Source: Octopus sinensis (taxonomy: Eukaryota). Taken from it: DNA of 64,000 nt. Within the stretch, counting starts at the first letter, position 1. The number at the start of each line of letters is the position of its first letter. The stretch covers positions 24,180,001-24,244,000 of the forward strand of contig NC_043018.1 of NCBI RefSeq assembly GCF_006345805.1, in the 5' to 3' direction. The notes beneath the pieces are model-generated. The model had not been told where the DNA came from, made no database searches, and was given only the letters and a program-made list of their open reading frames with translations. Shown piece after piece: positions 13,886 to 25,152 of this stretch. A program made the translations under genes and the position numbers.

Positions 13886-15029
13886 GTCAGTTCTTAAAGT
13901 TTTATTTCTTTTTTACCTTTCTTGACCAAACCGTATTTATGGCTTACCGTCCTGTAAGCAGAAAACTGAAGAAAACACGTCGGCCTATTTTAAATTCAAT
14001 TACATTTACACGTATCATTGCTTTATTGACCTTAAAAAAAATATTTCCCCCCTTTTTTTCTCCCATTTTTCTTCCTTAAAGGTGCAGGTATGGCTGTGTG
14101 GTTAAGAAGTTCACTAGGCAATCACCTGGTTTCAGGCTCAGTCCCACTGCATGGCATCTTGGACAATTGTCTTCTATACTTAATCTCAGGCTGACCAATG
14201 TCTTGTGAGTGATTTGATAGACGGAAAATTGAAGCCCATTGTGTGTGTGTGTGTGTATTTATATATATGTATGTATGTATGTATATATATGTTTGTATGT
14301 ATGTATGTATGTATGTATGTATGTATATTTGAAAAAATGAATAGAAATTGCTCTTCTGATCATTTTTCCACTTTAATAATTAGATGTTCATAAGTTGTTA
14401 GGTGTTTACAAAAGTTACTGAAGTGGAAAAATTATCAGAAAAGCAATTCCTATTAATTTTTTTCAAATATATAATACTGTACCAAGGACTTCCTATTTCT
14501 AATTCTATGATACATATATATGTATATATACATATATATATTGAGTCAAATAAAATCAAAAATCAAAATTAAAAGCAAACAAAGATTGAAATCAAAATGG
14601 AAATTGTAGTTGTGGCCGGTGCCAGTGGCACCTGACTAGCACCCCTTCTGGTGGCACATAATAAGCACCATCCAAACGTGACCGATGCCAGTCCCTGCCC
14701 CAACTGGCTCCTGTGCCGGTAGCATTTAAAAAGCACTATCTGAATGTGGTCAATGCCAGTGCTACCTGACTAGCTCCCATGCCATTGGAATGTAAAAAGC
14801 ACCCACTACACTCTCAGAGTGGTTGTCAGATCAGATTGGAGCCTGGTGCAGCCTTCTGGCTTGACAGTCCCCAGTCAAAGCATCAAGCCCAAGCCAGCAT
14901 GGAAAACAGACGTTAAATGACGACGGCGCTGCCGATGACGAATGAATGAATGAACAAAATGAGAAAAACAAGAGTAACAAGTTTTCAAACGGGTGTTATT
15001 ATTTTCACACTTGCTTGAAAAGAGACGGG

Positions 15030-15846
15030 AAAAATTGGACCTAAGAAGCATCAGATGTGGTGTGCAAGAGAGACGACTGTGCTGGTATGGTCATGTGGTG
15101 AAATGGATGAGGATAGCTGTGTGAAAAAGTTCCACACCCTAGCGGTTGAGGGAACTTTTGGAAGAGGTAGACCCAGGAAGACCTCGGATGAAGTGGTAAA
15201 GCACGACCTTCGAACATTAGTCTCACCGAGGCAATGACTAGTGACCAAGACTTTTGGAAATATGCTGTGCTTGAGAAGATCCAGCAAGTCAAGTGAGACC
15301 ATAACCTCATGGCCTATGCCAGGGGTGTAACCAGCCCACTTAAGCGTACCTTTCCTTCATTGGACACTAAACTCTGCTTGCGAAGACCTGTTGAGGCAAG
15401 TGAAATCGAAATCAAATTCGATGACTGACATCCATGCAAGTGGAGCGCTAAGAGCACCATCTGAGTGTGATTGTTGCCAGAGCAGTTAACTGGCTTCCGT
15501 GCCAGTGGTACGTAAGAGGCACCATTCAAGTGTAATCGTTACCAGCGTCGCCTTACTGGCATGTGAAAAAAAACATTCGAGTGAGGTTGTTGACAGTGCC
15601 ACTAGACTGGCTCCTGAGCATGTAGCATGTAAAAAACACCAATTGAGCTTGCCGTTGCCAGTACCACCTGACTGGTCCCCGTGCTGGTGGCATGTAAAAG
15701 CACCCACTACACCCTCAGAGAGGTTGGCGTTTGGAAGCGCATCCAGCTGTAGAAACTCTGCCAGGGTTCGCCAGTCCTCATTCAAATCATCCAACCCATG
15801 CTAGCATGGAAAGCAGACATTAAAACGTTGATAATGATGATGATGA
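15030..15846 (+). mobile_element. RTE-clade LINE 3' end (ORF C-terminus plus 3'UTR with (GAT)n tail)
   Basis: RRLCWYGHVV and EDSCVKKFHTLAVEGTFGRGRPRKTSDEVVKHDL. The 3'UTR ends with the catgctagcatggaaagc(a/g)gac...(gat)n tail shared by many short copies in the window. Confidence 0.8.
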
Positions 15847-15920
15847 TATATATAAAGAAGTGCCAAAGTATGAATCTCTCAGACCTTGTGTCATTTTTTC
15901 TTATGCTAAATATTAATAAT

Positions 15921-15954
<34 letters not shown>

Positions 15955-16734
15955 TACTACTAATATAGGATGAAGTTTTTTTTCTACAGTGAAAAAATTC
16001 CATCAAAAAATGTGGCAGCATATCAAAATACCTTTACGGTTAAAATTATAAACAACTTATAAGTAAGGGCTAAAGAAAATTATTTCAATGCCAATATGCT
16101 GATAACAGATTATTAAATCATCAATTTCCACATATAATTTACTCACTAATAGTCTGTTATCAGCATATTGCCATTGAAATAATTTTCTTTAGCCCTTACT
16201 TATAAGTTGTATATATATATATATATGTATATGAATACATGCAATGTTATTACCATTTCAAACACTCTGTAATAAATACATGTATGCTTGTTATTGATTG
16301 GTGTTAGTACTAAGTCAGCTGTGATTGGTCAGGTCTTATGCTTAAAGGTGTTCCAGCTGTGATTTTTTCAGCATGTCTAGAATTACATTAACAAATGCAT
16401 CCTTCTTCTTTTTAAAACGGCAACGTGTGATTTGAGAGTAATTTGACTGTTATTTTTATCAACTTCAGCAACAACAACATAGGGACGCTATTGTTAGTGT
16501 CAGTTTACATTAGTAATTTGTGTTATCATAAGAGTGATGCCACAAATAATTTAGTATTGGATTACTAGTATGTAATTAATATATATAGTGTAATTATATA
16601 AATTACATATAGAGTGTAATTATAAATAGGAGCTTAAAATTCCTTTTCTGCTTCTCTAAGAAACTCCATGACGATAAAAATACCTTTTTTATGAAGGCAA
16701 AGAGGAAAACAATGAATCAACACAACCAGGATTA

Positions 16735-16797
16735 ATTATATACGCGTTTCGAGATTAAAGTAATTTAAATTTTACTTACTTCTGTCTTCAGTATAAT
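16735..16797 (-). ncRNA. Type I hammerhead motif (canonical core, C.C mismatch at the base of stem II)
   Basis: Minus strand reads ATTATA-CTGAAGA-CAGA...TCTC-GAAAC-GC-GTA-TATAAT: 6-bp stem I and palindromic stem III ACGCGT. Confidence 0.7.
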
Positions 16798-17013
16798 ATT
16801 TCCAATTTTCATAAGATTTGAAAGTGCTAGGGCTGAATATGCACACAATTGAGTGGCATCATGTAACTGATATCCAACCAACACTTCCAAAATCTACAGA
16901 GCTGAATGGGAATAAACTATTCAAACTCTATACCCACATGTATGCTATGAGCAATACTGCAAAATTTCAACAAAATCAATAATTATAATTATAGTGTAAT
17001 TAATATATATACC

Positions 17014-17510
17014 CTCCATCAGGCATTTGCCATATCCTGAATGCCTTACTTCCCTGGGCATGGATACATTGAAACTCCGACATCTGGCAGCTGACTTGGC
17101 AGACACTCATAAAATTATCAACCATCTTACAAACAATAACTCTGAGCACCTTTTCAAACTCCACCCGTCTAACACCCGTGGACATATTTACAAAGTCAGA
17201 AAACAGCACAGCTCCCATTACTTCAGGAAACATTTTTTCACGCTGAGAGTTGCTGAAGCATGGAACAAACTGCCGGCATTGGTTGTTAGTTGTCGGAGCA
17301 CTGCATCCTTCAAAACTTCCATGCTTTCTGAGATTTGCCAACACTACACATGATTTTCTCTCCTCCATACACACACAAACATGTATCTGACTCATACATT
17401 GTTTGCTTTCCAGACATTTGTACATTACTGCATATACTTTATATGCACTTTCTGACAAGTTGTGGTGCATCTGAGCCCTGTATACAATAATTTCATTATT
17501 ATTTTATTTT
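17014..17510 (+). mobile_element. CR1/L2-clade LINE 3' end
   Basis: LGMDTLKLRHLAADL...SNTRGHIYK...RKHFFTLRVAEAWNKLPALVV...SFKT followed by 3'UTR and (ATT)n tail. Confidence 0.85.
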
Positions 17511-17518
17511 TATATAGT

Positions 17519-17865
17519 GAAGCACATGGCTCAGTGGTTAGAGCGTCAGTTTTGCAATAATAGGATAATGAGTTTGATTCCCAGACTGGGCTGTGTATTG
17601 TGTTCTTGAGCAAGACACTTTATTTCACGTTGCTCCAGTTCACACAGCTGTAGAAATGAGTTGTGATGTCACTGGTGCCAAGCTGTTTCGGCCTTTACCT
17701 TTCCCTAGGATAACCTCAGTGGTATGTGGAGAGGGAAGCCTGATATACATGGGTGACTGCTGGTCTTCTATAAACAACCTTGCCCGGATTTATGCCTCAG
17801 AGGGTAAGTTTCTTGGTTGTAATCCCATGGTCATTCATGGCTGTAGGGAGTTGTTACCCTTTACC
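17519..17865 (+). mobile_element. tRNA-headed SINE with CORE-like domain
   Basis: TGGCTCAGTGG head followed by gtgttcttgagcaagacacttt...ctccagt...cagctgtagaaatg, resembling the CORE domain. Inverse copy at about 36170-36520. Confidence 0.6.
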
Positions 17866-18020
17866 TCGTGTACATATAATGTCAACATCGCTTGACAACT
17901 GATGCTAGTGTGTTTGCACTTACAAGACTAAGTCCTGGAGTCGATTTGCTCAACAAAAGGCAGCGCTGCAGCATGGCCACAGTCAAATGACTGAAACAAA
18001 TAAAAGAATGAAAGAATATA

Positions 18021-18390
18021 GGAGTGGCTGTGTGGTAAGTAGCTTCCTAACCAACCACATGGTTCCGGGTTCAGTCTCACTGCATGGCATCTTGAGCAAG
18101 TGTCTTCTGCTATAGCCCCGGGCCGACCAATGCTTTGTGAGTGGATTTGGTAGACGGAAACTGAAAGAAGCCTGTCGTATATATGTATGTTTGTGTGTCT
18201 GTGTTTGTCCCCCTAGCATTGCCTGACAACCGATGCTGGTGTCCCCGTAACTTAGTGGTTCAGCAAAAGAGACCGATAGAATAAGTACTGGGCTTACAAA
18301 GAATAAGTTCCAGGGTCGATTTGCTCGACTAAAGGCGGTGCTCCAGCATGGCCGCAGTCAAATGACTGAAACAAATAAAAGAATGAAAGA
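18021..18390 (+). mobile_element. SINE family A copy
   Basis: Near-identical to 38918-39328. Confidence 0.85.
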
Positions 18391-18921
18391 CTGTATATAT
18401 ATTGATAGATAGATAGATGTATCTAAATAGATAGATAGATTGATAGATGATGCATTTCTGTGTAATGTAGTTTTGAGTTTAAATGCTCCACACAGATGTA
18501 GATTTTACAACCGAAGTCCTGTGAATAGAATCTAATTGCACTTCAAATAAATTTTTTCATCTAATGAGAATCACATGAAATGTTTAGTCAAATTGTATAG
18601 AGTTAAAAGTATACTTATATATGTATATCTGTCTATATATATTTATATATATCCATATGTATGTATCTATGTATTTCTAGTTACACACACACACACACAC
18701 ACACACACATCATCATCATCATCACTTGAGTGTATATTTGACTGACAAGACACTAAGAGAATAAGCACCAGGCTTTAAGAAAATTAGTACCAGAGTGGAT
18801 TCATTCCATTAAAAATTCTTCACTGTTGTGCCCCAGCATGGCCACAGTCTAATGACTGCTGAAAGAAGTAAAAGATATATATATATATATGTATATTTGT
18901 ATGTATGTATGTATGTATGTA

Positions 18922-18973
<52 letters not shown>

Positions 18974-19136
18974 TATATATACACACACATATATATATAC
19001 ATATACATACATACATATATATATACATATATATAGTTAATCCAAACATGAAAACACAAAGAGAAAACACAACAACGCGAGGACGTGGAACAAGTATAGT
19101 ATTATTGGACGCTCAGGAAGGAAGGGAAGAAGGAGA

Positions 19137-19171
19137 GTTTAACGTTTCGAGCGGAGCTCTTTGTCGGAAAC
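19137..19171 (-). ncRNA. Minimal hammerhead-like motif, degenerate, in a ~200-bp repeat (about 19035-19237) inserted in TA microsatellite
   Basis: Minus strand reads GTTT-CCGACAA-A-GAGC-TCC-GCTC-GAAAC-GTT-AAAC. Core has C4 and A8 instead of U4 and G8. Confidence 0.5.
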
Positions 19172-19602
19172 ATAGGAGAAGGAAAGATCCAGAGAAGGGA
19201 AGACAGAGGGAAAAAAATCGCCAACGGTACACACGCAGTCACAATATATATATATATACATATATATACATATATGTGTGTGTGTGTGTGTGTGTGTCAG
19301 TGTTTGTGCGATGTAAAAAGCTTCCAGTTTACACTGTAGAGTGGTTGGCATTTGGAGGTGCATCCAGCGGTAAAAACCATGCCAAAACTGACCTCATCCG
19401 TGCTGGTGCCATGTAAAGAGCACTCAGTCTACTCTGCTGAGTGGTTGGTGTTAGGAAGGACATGCAACTGTAAAAACCCTGCCAAAACAGACACAGTTGC
19501 CTGTGTTAGTCTTCTACCTGGCCAGTTCCTGTCAAACTGTCCAACCCATGCCTGCTTGGAAGGTGAACATTAATGATGATGATGATGATGATGATGAGGC
19601 TG

Positions 19603-19634
<32 letters not shown>

Positions 19635-20943
19635 ATCTGTATGTATTTATGAATGTTGGTGCGGATGTATTTGATAAATATTACAGCAAATAAATTAATT
19701 GATGCTGCATAAGAATACAGACACATATGCACACACACACACACATACCTAGCATATTATTCTTTATACCAATTACTGGACTGTGGCCATGTTGGAGCAA
19801 CATCTTGGAGAGTTTGGCTGATTAATCTGACCCCAGTACTCATTTTGCGTTTGACCCTCATTCTATTGTTCTCTTCTCACCACCACCGCTTGACAATTGG
19901 TGTTGTCGTGTTTATTTCCCCGTGACTTAGTGGTTTGGCAAAAAGAGACCGATGGAACAAGTGCTAGGTTTATAAGAAAAGAAAAGCCCTGGGGTCGATT
20001 TGTTAAGCTGAAATCCTTCAAGGCAGTGCCCCAGTATGGGCGCTGTCAAATGACTGAAACAAGTAGGAGAGAGAGAGAGAGGGGGCAGAGAGAGAGAACG
20101 ATGATGATGATGATGATGATGATGATGACGATGATGACAACAACGACGACGAGGAAAACAGAATTTGGCATAATTTAGTTCTTCGTTAAAGTTTTAGTAC
20201 TGCCTTCAGAAATATTTCAAAGCTTGGCATTTTGTTATTTGTTTCTGTTTTATTTTTATTTTTGTTTTTATTTTGTTTTGTTTTTATGAGCTCCGCTCAC
20301 TGGACTTCATTTTAACAGCTGCTACTTATTTGATCAATGTCATAAAGATGAAAGGCAGAGTCAGTCTGGGGAAGCAATAACGACACTACACTCGTCGGCC
20401 GCCGTGTAGTGCTTGTTGTGGTTTACCATTGTGCGATGCCGGAGAGCATGTGCAGATGATAGACAAAGTTCACTTCATTATGACTGGAACTTTGAGCATA
20501 CAGGAAATAAACCAAATACAACCAGAAGATATTTTGTTTGACACTCAACCAATTCTGCCCACCACCAGTTATTTTTTGTTGTTGTTTCAGTGGGGTTTTT
20601 TTTTTAGCTGTGTTTTTCTCTTTTCCTTATTCATGTATTTATGTATTTACATGTGAAGACGTGTGGCTTAGTGGTTAAGGTATTCGGTTCACAATCGTAA
20701 GGTTGTGAGTTCAATTCCTAGCAACACATTGTGTCCTTCAGAAAGACACTTTGTTTCATGTTGCTCCAGTCCACTCAGCTGGCAAAAATGAGTAGTACCC
20801 GTATTTCAAAGAGCCAGTCTTGTTGCATTAAGGGTACATGTATCTGTGGAGTATTCAGCCACATGTACATTAATTTTACAAGCAGGCTATTCCATTGATC
20901 GAATTAAGTGGAACCCTCATCGTTGTAGCCGACAGAGTGCTAC

Positions 20944-20994
<51 letters not shown>

Positions 20995-21152
20995 TCGTCT
21001 TCATCATCATCATCATCATCATCATTTAATGTCTGCCTTCCATGCTGGCATGGGTTAGACAGTTTGACTGAGTGGCAGCAATCCAGAAGGGTGCACCACG
21101 CTGCAATCTGATCTGGCAAAGTTTCTACAGCGGGATGCCCTTCCTAACGCCA

Positions 21153-21185
<33 letters not shown>

Positions 21186-21779
21186 GGAGACCAAAAGTGT
21201 ACATACGCCGCTATATGTATATATAAAAAAAACAAAACAAAAAATGGAACAAGTATGTAACAGGCAATCCTTTTACTCCCTACCTCTCTCTTCTCTTTCC
21301 ACATGACTGGTGTCCGGCCAAGCCTGACCTTTCTTTCTTGGTTCTACTACTATCTGTGTAGCATCTCTTATATTCCTTCCCATGACTTTCATCTCTTATG
21401 TCCCTGCCGTAAGGCTTCACTTCCACACACGCCAGCTTAATATAATTCGTCCTTAGTCGAAAGACACCTATTGCTAATGTCCTGTTGTTTGCATTTGTAT
21501 TTGTGTAACATTTCTCCGGTTTTTTTTTTCGTCCTTGTTTTCATATGCATTCGCTTACTTTCTTCCAAAGAACTTAGTGCTCTTAGCTTAGATTTTCTTG
21601 GAGCTGGCCAGATTAGAGCAGTTGCAAGAGTAACCGGCCAAAACTGCAAAGACAATCTGGTACTTGACTGAAGATTGAAAGCTCCGAATGACCCATCCTT
21701 GTTTTTTCCTGTCCTTTTTTTGTATCATCTAACTGTTAGAATGTTTTGTTGTCGCCTGTTACATTCTTGTTCCATTTTT

Positions 21780-21848
<69 letters not shown>

Positions 21849-21854
21849 TATATT

Positions 21855-21893
<39 letters not shown>

Positions 21894-22137
21894 TAAAACT
21901 TACTTGGAAGAGGACGTGTGGTGTTCAATCATATAATAATATAAATAATATATATATATTATTTATATTATTATTATATATATATATATATGTATGTATG
22001 CATGTATGTATATGTGTGTGTATGCATGTATGTATGTGTGTGTGTGTGGTGTGTGTGTGTGTGTATGTATTTCCTTTTCATAATTTTGTCTGTTTATGCA
22101 TTTATTTAATTACTTATCTGTTTCTTTTTTCTTTTAG

Positions 22138-23174
22138 ATTATGACCCAAAACATCATTATGATTCCTCAGAAATAATTCTGTCTTACTGCGTTGCTCACT
22201 TTCATTCTGGAAATACCAATTTCCACAAGAGGAAATCAGTGCAGAAATCTATTGGGAAAACCTTCCAGCTCTGTGTTTCTCAAATTCTTATCACTCCTAA
22301 TATTCTTGCTGCTTTGGTTAATCTTTCTGAAGAAGAATTGGAAATCTATGGTGAATCAGAACTTGGCAGTCCTTGTGGAAAAGAAGAAGAAGAGGAACAA
22401 GAGTTCACTGTTGTTGGCAAAAAATCACACCAAGGTAAGAAAGGGAAAAAATCTAAAACTGAAAATGTTTTGTCTGAAGAATCAATGGAAATTCTAAAAC
22501 AAGCTGTTGAAGACAAACTTCAGTGTGTTTTGTCTCAGATAACACCAGGCGTGGGTTTTAATCGTCCTGGAAAGCAAAATCTGAAAGAAGCAGAATTTGG
22601 AAGTAATGCAGAGAAGAAATCTATTGACGTTTGTAAATTATTAACTGAAAATGACCGAGACAGCTTGAGCCAAGTCAGTAATTCCAGTCGACGGACATCT
22701 AAGGAAAATAATGAGAACAGTCAAAACCTTGGCAGGTTGAATTCTAATGCAGACGAAATTCCAGTGCTAGGAGAAAATAGTTCTAAAGGAGACCAACTGG
22801 AAGAAATTAGAAATGCTGGTGAGGTTACAGAGGCAAGACAAGAAGATGAAGATACTCAAAAGGATACAGTCCAAAGTGGTCAATTTCAAACTGATTTTGA
22901 AACTAAATGTGAACCAACAAAGAACAATGTAAACACTACAAAGGGTCGGCATGCTTGTATTTTATTGGCCAGTCGAGATAAAATAGACTTTAATGAAATT
23001 TCGAAAGAGATAAGAAAAGTTTCAGAGTTGAAAGATGAGAAAGACGGAAACCTGGAGCAATTTTTGAAATTTTCTACTGACAATGCTCAAGGTTTCTGTT
23101 TTGGAAAAGGGACTCTTTTAATGAATTTAACAAAAAATATATATTTGGATAGCATTTATGCATGTCAGTATTAA
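22138..23174 (+). CDS. CNP: CNP-like protein, coding exon 2 (2H phosphodiesterase fold with large insertion; stop TAA 23172-23174)
   Basis: Acceptor tttcttttttcttttAG| at 22136-22137. The phase-1 join (G+AT=Asp) is in frame with ORF 22239-23174. SVQKSIGKTFQLCVSQILITPNILAALVNLSEEELEIY aligns to CNP [38 protein letters not shown], and GFCFGKGTLLMNLTKNIYLDSIYACQY to [27 protein letters not shown] (human sequence recalled). Spliced CDS 664+1034 nt = 566 codons. Confidence 0.87.
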
Positions 23175-23644
23175 ATTTGAGGACAGTGGGTTGACAGAAT
23201 CATTCACACAGTGGACAAAACAAAATGGTTTATAGTATTTTGTTACAAGTCTCTACATTCTGAGTTCAAATCCCATCAAGCTCACCATTGCTTGTCTTCC
23301 TTCTGAGGTTGATAAAACTAAATCATTAAATACCTGTGAAGTTCAGAGATTAATATATTTAACTAATTATTATTAAATTTGGCATTTTTAAAAATGAGTT
23401 GTTTTAGATTTGTTTTTCTGCAAAAACTAAAAATCCTCAAATTTTTTATTTATAAGGTGTTGGCATGGCAGCGGTATGAAGTTTGCTTCCCAGCCTCATG
23501 GTTCTATACTTCTGAGTTCAATCCCAATGCACAGCAACTTGGGCCAGTGTCTTCTGTTATAACCATTGGCCGACCAAAGCCTTGTGAGTGGATTTAGCGG
23601 ACAAAACCTGAAAGAAGCCAGTCGTGTGTGTGCGTGTGTGTGTG

Positions 23645-23731
23645 TTTCTACTGACAACGCTCAAGGTTTCTATTTTGGAAAAGGGACTTTTTTAATGAAT
23701 TTAACAAAAAATATATATTTGAAGAGCATTT
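23645..23731 (+). repeat. 87-bp duplicate of the CNP exon 2 3' end (23071-23157) inside a SINE
   Basis: 82/87 identical by direct comparison; family A SINE left arm precedes it and the tgtgtttgtcc right-arm start follows. Confidence 0.92.
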
Positions 23732-24589
23732 TGTGTTTGTCCTCCCTCACTGTGTGACAAGTCCTCCCTCACTATTTGACAAATGTTGCTTTCTTTATGT
23801 ACCCTGTTGATGGCCTCAATCTACTCTCAAACTTGGACCGGGTGAAATGGACCACTCCTCTCTCAATCGGAAGCAGCTGTATATTGCAGCCATTGCAATG
23901 CAATGAATGCACAGTGGTGCCAAGTGGGTCACTTTTGGTCAGCAGAACTGGTAATATCAGATGAACCAAATGTCCAGCCAAGGTGCCCTGGGCTTTGTCC
24001 ATTAAATTCAGCAAATGATATTGATAGAATAAGGGTCAGGCTTAAAAAATATGTACTGTGGTCAATTCATTCATTCAAAATCCTTTGAAGTGGTGCCCCA
24101 GCATGGGCACAGTCTAGTGACTGATACAAATGAATGATTGAAGATAAAAGAGGTTGACGTTGGAGCTCAACACAGTCTTGCGGCTCGTTGGTTCCAGTCA
24201 AACTGCCCGACCCGTGCTGACATGGGAAAGGGACATTAGACGATGATGCTGTCTCTGCCACCAGTGATGCTGATGCTGACCTGTTTCAGTCACTGCACGG
24301 CTGCCATTCTGGAGCACTGCCTTGAAGGGTTTCGTTGAACAAGTCAACCTCAGCACCTGCTTTTTTAAGCCTGGGAATTATGCCATCGAGTTCTTTTTGC
24401 TGCATCGCTGAGTTATGGGGATGTAAACATACCAACACCGGTTGTCAAGTATGGTACTCCTTCACACACAGACACACACACATCTCAAAACATACACACT
24501 CACACAAACGCATACACACTCACACAAACACACACACACGCACAATGCATTCAATAACACAAATGCAATGCGTATCACACACACATCAC

Positions 24590-25050
24590 AAACCATCGTT
24601 ATTCTCATCACCACCACCACCACCACCACTACCACCACAGCCAACACCATACTCTCCTTCATCTTCAAAAGCACCACACCCCACTACCTCCACCATCACT
24701 ATCATTAATAGCCATCACCACTTCCACCGCCAACTTCAACATTGTCAGCTGTAGTAGCAGCAGCAGCAGCAGCAGCAGCATCACCATTACCACCACTAGC
24801 AATACTGCAACTACTGCCCCCTCCCCCACAATCACCACCACCTTCATCATCATCATCATCATCATCATCGCCAACACTTCCACCACCACAATCATTATCA
24901 TCAACGCCACCACCAATATCACTGCCTCCACCACCACTATCATCATCACCACCACCAACCACCTTTAATGTTACCAGAATCACCATCATCAATACCACCA
25001 CCAACACTACCACCAACACCACCACCATCATCATCATCAAAGCTGTCATC
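24590..25050. repeat. Degenerate CAC/CAT/CAG trinucleotide tract
   Basis: Directly visible. Similar tracts at 10010-10115, 39435-39575 and 40805-41000. Confidence 0.9.
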
Positions 25051-25115
25051 GTCTGTCAACTCTAAATGTTTTTGTTGATCAACTTCAAAGATATCTAATT
25101 TGTGTATACTTTTTA

Positions 25116-25152
<37 letters not shown>

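Larger units (their letters stand above)
13886..22137 (+). other. 8252-bp GT-AG intron of the CNP-like gene, filled with SINE/LINE fragments and microsatellites
   Basis: GTCAGT donor, long pyrimidine tract plus AG acceptor, and phase compatibility of the flanking exons. Confidence 0.85.

Noticed and set aside
23566-23757. 63-aa ORF ending in a CNP-like C-terminus as a separate gene
   Set aside because: Chimeric frame made of SINE sequence plus the 87-bp exon duplicate; non-ATG start and no promoter or splice evidence.
24665-25065. Poly-Ala/Pro/Ser or poly-Gly/Asp ORFs (also 39377-39820, 40747-41187, 9949-10213)
   Set aside because: Trinucleotide tracts open on both strands and in several frames, with no splice context or unique coding flanks.
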